From IMG/VR virus record IMGVR_UViG_3300008954_000036: a stretch of 20,000 bases of DNA. One strand, 5' to 3'. The position numbers and the translations under genes are program-made. The DNA is from an uncultured virus (IMG/VR IMGVR_UViG_3300008954_000036) (Duplodnaviria > Heunggongvirae > Uroviricota > Caudoviricetes). Of the stretch, positions 1-7,444 are shown in pieces; position 1 is the first letter of the stretch, and the number at the start of each line of letters is the position of its first letter. The notes below the pieces were generated by a model. That model made no database searches, was not told where the DNA came from, and saw nothing but the letters and a program-made list of their open reading frames with translations.

Positions 1-708
1 CTCAAGGGTAATATGTAGTACATTTCTGAGGTTTAGCCTTGCTTGATGCCCAAGAGCAACCATAGCAGTAGTTTTACATACGTTCGGGTAACTTAGGAAA
101 CAGAAGTACTCTCCTCTCGCTATCCCGCCATCTAAAATACTCTGATCATTCAGCGTAGGGGTAAATGTAGGGCAAACTATCTCCCTGGTCTTAGGGTCTA
201 GTAATATGTGTATATCTTTGGATATCTCTGTAAAGTCTGCCTCTCCTACTTTTCCGATATCAGCCAGCTTTTCCATATCCACCATCATTCGATTGAAGTC
301 TATTTTTCCGCTTTCTTCAAAAGAATCAACATGAGAATTTAGAAATTTAATCCCTTCCATGTGCTGAATAAATGGGATTAGCTTATCTGATACCCAATCA
401 GAATCAGGTAGGTTAGACCACACAGATTTAACTAAAGTGTAAACATCCTGCTTAGCGGCGGCGTTCTTTAAAGCATCCGGTAGATTATTACTGTCGTACA
501 GTGTTTTTATATGTATCCCTATTTCGCTCTTTTTAGGGCAACGTTCATATTTTTTGGCAAAGTCTACTAATACTGCCAATAGTATTTTCTGTGATGCAGA
601 CCTAAAGTATGCCTCATCTAGCACAGAGTAAAAATTAAGTAAAAATTCCCTATTCTGTAGGCATAGAGATAAAACCTGTTTTGCAAAGTTGTTGTTATCA
701 AACAGCAC
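1..708 (-). CDS. Replicative DNA helicase, DnaB/T4 gp41-like (N-terminal 236 codons; runs off the left edge)
   Basis: Hand translation from GTG at 708 (RBS AAGGAG 7 nt upstream) stays open to base 1 and ends ...LDGGIARGEYFCFLSYPNVCKTTAMVALGHQARLNLRNVLHITLE. This matches SF4 helicase H1 (GG..RGE.....xKT) and H1a (V.hhTLE). Confidence 0.85.
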   Translation of the reverse strand, partial: MLFDNNNFAKQVLSLCLQNREFLLNFYSVLDEAYFRSASQKILLAVLVDFAKKYERCPKKSEIGIHIKTLYDSNNLPDALKNAAAKQDVYTLVKSVWSNLPDSDWVSDKLIPFIQHMEGIKFLNSHVDSFEESGKIDFNRMMVDMEKLADIGKVGEADFTEISKDIHILLDPKTREIVCPTFTPTLNDQSILDGGIARGEYFCFLSYPNVCKTTAMVALGHQARLNLRNVLHITLE

Positions 709-1324
709 TTGAATTCTCCTTCTTGTAAAATTTAAGCCAATACCACGTATTAAACGGGTACATAGCTTTTTCGTACTCCTTCATTATTTGTTTTCCTATC
801 TGGAATTGATTAATTACTTTTAACCTTTTAGTAAAATCATCCGGCAAAGAACCCCACACTAAGCATGGGTAGTGTAATGCCTTCCACCAAGAGTATATTA
901 AGGGGTTTGCTTGTATTAGAAGGTACTTATCTTCGTCTTCCCGCATACTGTGATACTTGGTAAAGTATTCTTGAGAGGATTTCTGAATCCTGCTTCTTAT
1001 TTTCTCCAGGTCTAGCCTATTCCCATTTTCTTGATTAAATTTCTCCGGGAAAATGTTTTCTCTATTAAGTAGTATCCTTTTAATGGCAAACTCAAAATCC
1101 CCTCTTATCATTCCCGACGGCTTAAAAACCAAATCATAGTCTTTGCAGTACCATATCCACCATTTTACTAGAGCTTCTATAGGCATTTTGTATTGGTTTT
1201 CCACGTAGCCTAAACAATCCCCTAAAAGTTTTGTTTTAGACTCAGTTAACCCCCATTTTAATTCTTCATCATAGAATTTTAGGTATAGTCTACTGACTAA
1301 TTCTTTTATATCTTCATTGTCCAT
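698..1324 (-). CDS. Hypothetical protein (208 aa), co-transcribed with the helicase
   Basis: Long ORF overlapping the helicase start by 11 nt. No motif recognised. Confidence 0.75.
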   Translation of the reverse strand: MDNEDIKELVSRLYLKFYDEELKWGLTESKTKLLGDCLGYVENQYKMPIEALVKWWIWYCKDYDLVFKPSGMIRGDFEFAIKRILLNRENIFPEKFNQENGNRLDLEKIRSRIQKSSQEYFTKYHSMREDEDKYLLIQANPLIYSWWKALHYPCLVWGSLPDDFTKRLKVINQFQIGKQIMKEYEKAMYPFNTWYWLKFYKKENSSAV

Positions 1325-1423
1325 AAAATCTCTTACTGTTTGGTTTGGTAGGGTACAGGCATCAATAAGAATAAAGTCTGTACCCCTTGAAAAGAAAAAA
1401 GGGTAAAAAAGAAAACTGACCCC

Positions 1424-1452
1424 ATGATGCCCCGGTTTTTACCCGGTGTCAA
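1424..1452 (-). promoter_or_regulatory. Possible leftward promoter (TTGACA-N17-CATCAT)
   Basis: Perfect -35 on the minus strand at 1452-1447 with a weak -10. It points toward the helicase operon. Confidence 0.3.
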
Positions 1453-1501
1453 ATTGGCTATACAAAGCTCAAAGTAAAATACCTGATCCAAGTTTTGAAT
1501 T

Positions 1502-1530
1502 TTGCCGAACTTCTCCCAAATTCATACATT
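1502..1530 (+). promoter_or_regulatory. Possible sigma70-type promoter (TTGCCG-N17-TACATT)
   Basis: Near-consensus hexamers with a 17-nt spacer in the divergent intergenic region. Confidence 0.35.
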
Positions 1531-1562
1531 TTCAAACAATTTTATACGAATATAGAAAAAGA

Positions 1563-1592
1563 TTGACAAACCCAAACAAGTCGAGGTATATT
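1563..1592 (+). promoter_or_regulatory. Sigma70-type promoter for the replication operon (TTGACA-N18-TATATT)
   Basis: Perfect -35 and 5/6 -10, A-rich upstream sequence, 37 nt before the primase ATG. Confidence 0.65.
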
Positions 1593-1629
1593 GAAAATGG
1601 GCCTCTGAATCCGGCCCAGGAGTAAGAGA

Positions 1630-2577
1630 ATGGCCTTAGGCGATAAAAGATTCAAAAGAAAGCAGATTACCTCAAAGTTTTACGGTTTAGTAAATAATAC
1701 CGAACTTAGGTATGACTGCCCAGAATGTACGGACACTAAGGGCCGCTTTTTTCTGAATCGTAATACTCAGAAATTTATCTGCCATAATTGCGGTATCCGT
1801 GGTCAAGTTTCTGAATTCGCTGTTGAGCAGTTTAAGAAAGCGGAAACGGGCGAATTGAAATATGCGGGGATGGCGCTATCGGAAGTAGATGCCTCCGAGT
1901 ATAAGGTTAGGCTTGACCTAGAAGATGATAAAGAAGCTTTTACTAAGTTTATGTCTTCTAGGGGTTTTCAGGATGTAGAACAGTTTCCTGTTATTCCAAT
2001 GTGTAAAAATGTGCAGTACAGAAATAGATTAGCAATTAAGTGTACTTCTATTTTATCTACTAAAGAGTTTTGGAACTTACGGGATATAACAGGTAAGGCG
2101 GATAAGAAAGTATTGTTTCCTAAAACTTGCGCTAATATTGCTAGAAAATCTAATGCTGTTTTATGGAACCCTGCAGTTAATATTAAAGAATTACTTATAA
2201 CTAAGGGCAGTATTATACCTGTAGTAGTAGAGGGGGATATGGCCGCATTATCAGTTTTTAGAAAACTGGGGAATAATTACTACATAGGGTTAGCTGTTTT
2301 TGGTAAGGATATATCTGCTGCACAGGCTAGGTATTTATCTAGTTTTAAAGAAGTTCTTTATATGCCGGATGCAGACACTACAACTAAAGAACAAGAGAAA
2401 GCTATAAATAAACTTATGTTGGGCGGTTGCGAAGAAGTTAAAGTTTACCAAGGCTCACAGTATTTAGATGGTAAAGATGACGCTAACGATATTTTTAAGA
2501 GACAGGGTAACTGGGATTGGTTTAACCCTAGTACGTTTACTAAAAGATCAGTTAGTAAGATAAAACTAAAACTTTGA
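1630..2577 (+). CDS. DNA primase (Zn-finger + Toprim)
   Basis: CPEC...CHNC zinc-binding motif. Toprim VVVEG, FGK, DAD (DxD) and a C-terminal KDDAND motif. RBS AGGAG. Confidence 0.85.
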   Translation: MALGDKRFKRKQITSKFYGLVNNTELRYDCPECTDTKGRFFLNRNTQKFICHNCGIRGQVSEFAVEQFKKAETGELKYAGMALSEVDASEYKVRLDLEDDKEAFTKFMSSRGFQDVEQFPVIPMCKNVQYRNRLAIKCTSILSTKEFWNLRDITGKADKKVLFPKTCANIARKSNAVLWNPAVNIKELLITKGSIIPVVVEGDMAALSVFRKLGNNYYIGLAVFGKDISAAQARYLSSFKEVLYMPDADTTTKEQEKAINKLMLGGCEEVKVYQGSQYLDGKDDANDIFKRQGNWDWFNPSTFTKRSVSKIKLKL

Positions 2578-2640
2578 ATCAGTGTTCAAAGATTAACAGG
2601 TTACAGGCTGACCTACTAAAAGCCTATAAGGAGATTTGAT

Positions 2641-3099
2641 ATGGGAAATATTACTTTTAAAGTAAAAAAGATGGATCAGCTTGAAATTTGTATTGAAGGT
2701 GTTGATACAAACTCTTTAGCTCAGGCACTTGCATATGCGGGTATTCTTAATACAGAAAGTAAAGTGCAAGTTCCGGGCCATGTAAGGGCCTTAGGTAAGG
2801 TCGAAGACTCCGAGGACTTTCTGTCTGAAACAGAAGAAATTGTTAAAGATACGAAAAGCTCTAAAAAAGAGGCAAGTAAAGGTAAGGCAAAGGAAGATCC
2901 TAAAAAGGAGCCTGAGCCTAAGGAAACAAAAGTTGAAGAACCTGAGGAAAGCTTTAAAGATTCTGTTTCATCGGATGATGATTTTGATGATGAGCCTTTT
3001 AAAGATGATGAATCTTTGGGGGATGATTTTGAGAACGATTCAAAGGAGGCTACTGATACGGACGATTTTGAATTTTCAGACGACGATTTCAAGGACTAA
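2641..3099 (+). CDS. Hypothetical protein with Lys/Glu-rich linker and very acidic Asp/Phe C-terminal tail
   Basis: RBS AAGGAG. The tail has repeated DDF units (DDDFDDEPF...DDFEFSDDDFKD). Confidence 0.8.
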   Translation: MGNITFKVKKMDQLEICIEGVDTNSLAQALAYAGILNTESKVQVPGHVRALGKVEDSEDFLSETEEIVKDTKSSKKEASKGKAKEDPKKEPEPKETKVEEPEESFKDSVSSDDDFDDEPFKDDESLGDDFENDSKEATDTDDFEFSDDDFKD

Positions 3100-3124
3100 A
3101 GACCCCATGCTTTAGTTTTTGAAA

Positions 3125-3201
3125 GGCGGGTAGTGAGGCCTTGTTTTCACGTTCTCTAGTGAAACCCTACTTTCACGCTCTCACGGTTTACACTACCCGC
3201 C
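3125..3201 (+). promoter_or_regulatory. Structured leader / inverted repeat upstream of the DNA polymerase
   Basis: GGCGGGTAGTG (3125-3135) is the perfect reverse complement of CACTACCCGCC (3191-3201). Internal TTTCAC/GTGAAA/TTTCAC elements lie between them. Confidence 0.6.
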
Positions 3202-3224
3202 ACTAACTTTTATGGAGGAAGATA

Positions 3225-5435
3225 ATGAGTAAAGAATGTACGAAATGCGAATTACATAGGTATGTAAGTGACGAATATCTGGAACAGTACCATAGGACTA
3301 TTCAGAAAATTAATCATGTAGAAGGGGAAGCTCCTGCTTTGCTGGTAATTATGCCTGCTCCTGATTTTGAACAAGATAGAAGAGTAAAGCAGTTTAGAAA
3401 TCTTATGGACAAACATTATAGGCACTATGATGATACTCAGATTTATTTATTTCACGCTGTTAGCTGTAACTACCCGAAGGGGAAAACTCTAAGTAAAAAG
3501 TGGATCGGTTTGTGTTCAGATAATCTAAAATTCGCAATAGAGGCCATAAAGAAAAAGCATAATGTTCTATCGGCCCTAGCTTGCGGGGTTGACTCTATTG
3601 TAGCGCTTAAGAAACTAGGGTTTGAGTTCTCAGATAAGCATAAGTCTTCAATCATGTATAACCGTAGGGTTAGGCATACTATAAATCCTTATGGTATTCC
3701 TACTTTTTGCGCTAGGACGTTCGATAAGCAGACTGTGGGTTCTTATAACGAAATGGTATGGGCTAGTGATCTAAAGTTTATGTGTGATTCCTTGGAAGGA
3801 AAGGTAAAGAAGCTTTCATATAAGCACCAATTAGTTTTAGGATCAGATCAAATAAAGAAGTTACATAGAGTAATTGAGAGAAAAATAAAGGAAAATGGAG
3901 AAATATGTGTATCAATAGATACAGAAACTAATAAGCTATCTATATACGGCAGAGAGTTAAGATTAAAGCTTCTAACAGTTCAGCTATCCTTCGAGTCCGG
4001 CAGAGCGTTTGTAATTCCTATTCAACATAAAGAGACTCCTAAGTTTGAGGATGATTTGAATATTAAATTCCTGCGCTGGTTTCTAAAGAATCCTAAAATC
4101 AAAAAAATTGCTCATAACGGTATGTACGATTGGAGAGTTTTTAGAAAGTTAGGGTTTCAAATTAATGGGTGGGATTGGGATACCATTCTATTACATCATC
4201 TAGCTTATGCTACTGAACCTCATGCGTTATCATATATAACTAAAGTTTTCACAGACTATGGGGATTACGACTCCGAGCTAGAGCATTATAAGTCAGATAA
4301 TCCAGAGGCAGACCCTGGAAAAGGGGGAACTTACGCTAATGTACCTCTTAAAATACTGGCTAAGTATGGGGCCGGGGATGCGGTAGTTACATACGATTTA
4401 CTGGCTATTTTATTGGATGCTGTGGATGAGCTGGGGTTAAAGGAGTTTTATTTTAATCATGTGCGACGAGCGCAATTAGCTTTTCTGAATATGTCACATA
4501 CGGGGATGAATTTAGATGAGGATAAATTGCGCTCGTATTTTAAGGAATACCAAGAGGAGCTGGATAGGTATTACAGGGAAGAAATATCACAACTACCCAC
4601 AGTAATAGAGTTTGAAAAGAATAATGAAAAGAATAAGGAATACTGGGAGTTTATTAAAGATAGAGACGCATGGTGGAAAGCTAATCCTAGAAAGAAGAAG
4701 CCGCCACAAAAAAAGGAGTTTAACCCTAAAAGTTCGGATCAGTTAGGGGTATTTTTATCAGAGTTTTGTGATTTGCCTGTATTACTTAGGAGTAAAGGAA
4801 AGCAGTTACCTTCCTATAGTAAAGAAGTAAGGGAGCATTTAATGTCCCTGCCTGAGGAGAAAAACGAGTATGGGGTAAGCTTTAGAATAGTCCATATTTT
4901 ACATGACCATCTTCTACAACGTCATGAGTTTAATACCTATATAAAAGGGATGTTAAATTCGGATATTATAGGATTAGATGGACGAATTCACGGTAATTTC
5001 AAGCTATTTGGTGCTGTTACTGGTAGAACTAGCTCTAGTGATCCCAATATGCAGAATATCCCAAGAAAGCCGCTGGTTGAGAAGTTTAATATTAAAGGAC
5101 TGTTCACCGCGCCTAAAGGTAAAAAAATAATACAAGCCGACTACGGGCAAATGGAGCTTAGAGTAGCGGCCTCGGTATCCCAGGATGAGGGTATGCTTAA
5201 AGCTTTTAATGACGGGGTGGATATTCATACTCTTACGGCGGCTAGGTTATATGGAATATCTACAGAAGAAGTGACAGATTTACAAAGGTTTTCAGCCAAG
5301 GCTATTAACTTTGGGCTTATTTACGGCAAGGGGGAGGCTGCCTTAGCAGCCGACTACTACAAAGCGCTAGACGGGGATAAGGAAAAAGCTAAGGAAATGT
5401 ATAGGAAGCTAGAACTGGAGGGCTACGGTGTATAG
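3225..5435 (+). CDS. polA: Family A DNA polymerase, N-terminal part (UDG-like domain, 3'-5' exonuclease, polymerase motifs A and B)
   Basis: Exo I DTET, Exo II HNGMYD, Exo III YGAGD. Also TGRTSSSDPNMQNIP, motif A QADYGQMELRVAA and motif B RFSAKAINFGLIYG. Motif C is absent. RBS GGAGG. Confidence 0.95.
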   Translation: MSKECTKCELHRYVSDEYLEQYHRTIQKINHVEGEAPALLVIMPAPDFEQDRRVKQFRNLMDKHYRHYDDTQIYLFHAVSCNYPKGKTLSKKWIGLCSDNLKFAIEAIKKKHNVLSALACGVDSIVALKKLGFEFSDKHKSSIMYNRRVRHTINPYGIPTFCARTFDKQTVGSYNEMVWASDLKFMCDSLEGKVKKLSYKHQLVLGSDQIKKLHRVIERKIKENGEICVSIDTETNKLSIYGRELRLKLLTVQLSFESGRAFVIPIQHKETPKFEDDLNIKFLRWFLKNPKIKKIAHNGMYDWRVFRKLGFQINGWDWDTILLHHLAYATEPHALSYITKVFTDYGDYDSELEHYKSDNPEADPGKGGTYANVPLKILAKYGAGDAVVTYDLLAILLDAVDELGLKEFYFNHVRRAQLAFLNMSHTGMNLDEDKLRSYFKEYQEELDRYYREEISQLPTVIEFEKNNEKNKEYWEFIKDRDAWWKANPRKKKPPQKKEFNPKSSDQLGVFLSEFCDLPVLLRSKGKQLPSYSKEVREHLMSLPEEKNEYGVSFRIVHILHDHLLQRHEFNTYIKGMLNSDIIGLDGRIHGNFKLFGAVTGRTSSSDPNMQNIPRKPLVEKFNIKGLFTAPKGKKIIQADYGQMELRVAASVSQDEGMLKAFNDGVDIHTLTAARLYGISTEEVTDLQRFSAKAINFGLIYGKGEAALAADYYKALDGDKEKAKEMYRKLELEGYGV

Positions 5436-5844
5436 GGGCATTATAGATTATAGGAATGCAGAGCTGGAAGATCATTGTTTATGTAATGACCTAAACACAA
5501 GGCGGAAGTTTAAGGCTACCCATGAAAGTACGCCATCCGAGATAGTGTGCATTAGGTGTTTTAAAAAGTATTGGTATGTGTATTCTGATTATTTTACAGA
5601 TAAGAAATTCTTGTTCCCTATAAGAGCTTATACAGAACTGGAAAAGGCTATAAGCATTTTAGGGCTGCCCGAATTAGGCGCACCTAGTTCATGGACTGAG
5701 CGCAGGTATAACGAAATTTGTGAGCTTGTTTGTATTGACGAAGGGCATAGATCGGAGTTCTTTAATTTTTTTGATGCTTTTAGGTACGGTGTGCTTGAGC
5801 ATAAGGCAGATTTGGGGGTTATGAATGGCTCGTTTAGACATTGA
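5428..5844 (+). CDS. Unknown Cys-rich protein (138 aa) inserted between the polymerase halves
   Basis: GTG start preceded by GGAGGG at 5417-5422. Contains HCLC...CIRC, a possible Zn site. The ORF spans the whole gap and overlaps both polymerase ORFs. Confidence 0.65.
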   Translation: MYRGIIDYRNAELEDHCLCNDLNTRRKFKATHESTPSEIVCIRCFKKYWYVYSDYFTDKKFLFPIRAYTELEKAISILGLPELGAPSSWTERRYNEICELVCIDEGHRSEFFNFFDAFRYGVLEHKADLGVMNGSFRH

Positions 5845-6340
5845 AAGACCTGAGATTTTTGATAAATTAGCAGGCGCTATGATGAAGAAGTATTTTGCGG
5901 AATTTCCAGGGATTGCGGATTGGATTAAGCATACGCAAAGACAGGCTACCCAGGATCAAGTAACGGTTTCTATTTGGGGTAGGCGGGAAGATTTACCAGA
6001 TATAACTTCTAAACATAGGATGAAGAAAGAGGAGGCCCTTAGGCAGGCTATTAATATGCCTATTCAGTCTGCTGCTAGTGATATCACTTTAGCAGCAGTA
6101 TTTAAGGTGCATGAGTGGATTAATACTGACCCGAAATGTGAAGAAGCGGGATTGGTGATGGTGAATTCGGTTCATGATTCTATCGTATTTGAGTGTAAGG
6201 AGAACTATGTAGAATGGGCATGTAAGAAAATTAAGTTAATCATGGAGGACAAGACAGGATTAGATTGGTTACTGTGTGTTCCTTCTGTAGATTTTGAAGT
6301 TGGAGATAATTACGGGGAGCTGGAAGCTCTCGATATTTAA
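5825..6340 (+). CDS. polA: Family A DNA polymerase, C-terminal part (contains motif C)
   Basis: YFAEFPGI, WGRR, RQAINMPIQSAASDI, motif C VHDSIVFE and terminal VGDNYG. GGGGG lies 6 nt before the ATG, and an in-frame TGA sits immediately upstream at 5822-5824. Confidence 0.95.
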   Translation: MARLDIERPEIFDKLAGAMMKKYFAEFPGIADWIKHTQRQATQDQVTVSIWGRREDLPDITSKHRMKKEEALRQAINMPIQSAASDITLAAVFKVHEWINTDPKCEEAGLVMVNSVHDSIVFECKENYVEWACKKIKLIMEDKTGLDWLLCVPSVDFEVGDNYGELEALDI

Positions 6341-6351
6341 GGAGAAATATT

Positions 6352-7161
6352 ATGGCTTTAAATAGAGCTAATTTTAAGGGTAGAAAAAAGCTGAGCGATA
6401 AGTACCAAAAGAGTAAAGGGTATGGCCTGGAGTTTAGACCAGAAAAGGACGTTGAATATCAGATAGCTATTATTCCTTTGATGGATATGGAAGGTAATAC
6501 TTTCCCTAATCCAGATGCCGATTTGGTGGATACTGTTAGAGTTCATCAACAAGTAGGAAAAGATAAAAAGCAATCTGTTCTATGTGCTTCTTCTTTTGGC
6601 GCTAGGTGTCAGGTTTGTGAAATTGCTAAAGGGAGGATAACTACCAGGGCTGTTCATACAGTAGTTCTGCTTAAGGAGAGGAAAACTGAGGCAGGTAGTA
6701 AGTTTATTCCAGTTAGTTTACCTATGTCTTTTAATTGCCCTCTTCAAGAACTTGGGGATGGTTACATTGACTGTATTATGAATGAGGATTTTCCTGCTAA
6801 TGATGATATCCGTAAACTTGCGATATTTAAGTATTTTGTGACCGGGGAAAAGATTGATACAGAACATAAACTTACAATCCGCCCCTCCGGTTTTATTTTT
6901 GATGTTGCTACTCTTAGGCGGATAAGGAAGGATGATAATGGGAAAGTAGTCTATGATCCACAAGCCGATAAGGATGAGCTAGTTTTTAAAACTAAGACCG
7001 AGCTAATGACTGAGCTTTCGTTGCCAGCAGTAGAGAGATTAAGTTGTCCGTATGAAAATCAGCAACTCGCAGCCGCTCGCGGGTTTGATGCTTATGAGAA
7101 GAAAGACAAGCTAGAAAGAATTCTTAGGAAGAATGAAATTATAGGAGGAGAAAATGAGTAA
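6352..7161 (+). CDS. Single-stranded DNA-binding protein, T4 gp32-like (putative)
   Basis: H...C...CxxC pattern (VHQQ...VLCASSFGARCQVCE) like the gp32 Zn site. Directly downstream of pol. RBS AAGGAG. Confidence 0.6.
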   Translation: MALNRANFKGRKKLSDKYQKSKGYGLEFRPEKDVEYQIAIIPLMDMEGNTFPNPDADLVDTVRVHQQVGKDKKQSVLCASSFGARCQVCEIAKGRITTRAVHTVVLLKERKTEAGSKFIPVSLPMSFNCPLQELGDGYIDCIMNEDFPANDDIRKLAIFKYFVTGEKIDTEHKLTIRPSGFIFDVATLRRIRKDDNGKVVYDPQADKDELVFKTKTELMTELSLPAVERLSCPYENQQLAAARGFDAYEKKDKLERILRKNEIIGGENE

Positions 7162-7444
7162 AGTAAAAAGTTTAAGTTTTGCGCTAGGTATGACTATAGC
7201 ATTGCCTAACTATGAGAATATCAAATTGGATGTTAGCGTGGATATTGATACAGACGTAACAAGCAAGGAAGATATTACAAAAGCATGTAACAAAGCTAAG
7301 AAGATTTTGTTCGCTCAGTTAGAAGAATGCTCAGACAAAAAATTTACAGCTAAGGTTAACGGGCTTAAGCACGAAGCCAGAGAGCTATGGGTTGATACTA
7401 TGAAGGAACAAACCCAGAAGCACCTTAAGCGTTTAGGTAAATGA
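7154..7444 (+). CDS. Hypothetical phage protein (96 aa)
   Basis: RBS AGGAG, overlaps both neighbours. The segment TIALPNYENIKLDV resembles small phage replication-region proteins. Confidence 0.75.
   Translation: MSKVKSLSFALGMTIALPNYENIKLDVSVDIDTDVTSKEDITKACNKAKKILFAQLEECSDKKFTAKVNGLKHEARELWVDTMKEQTQKHLKRLGK

Noticed and set aside
2721..3115. Shadow ORFs 2721-3092 (-) and 2840-3115 (+)
   Set aside because: They are low-complexity by-products of the acidic protein's codons.
5433..5486. TAG recoding (alternative genetic code) explaining the polymerase break
   Set aside because: Reading through TAG hits TAA at 5484-5486, the second half is in another frame, and other genes are intact under the standard code.
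5432..5823. Canonical group I intron
   Set aside because: GTTCATGGACTGAG near 5687 loosely resembles the R element, but no complementary S element (CAGTC) follows. The gap is also fully open as a protein ORF. Not excluded without a covariance search.
5430..5880. T4 gene 60-style translational bypass
   Set aside because: No GTA landing codon lies in the C-terminal frame near its start, and a hop of about 390 nt is far longer than the 50-nt gene 60 gap.
5300..5900. Split or contiguous intein in the polymerase
   Set aside because: There is no Cys/Ser-initiated block A after motif B and no His-Asn followed by C/S/T before the C-terminal pol sequence.
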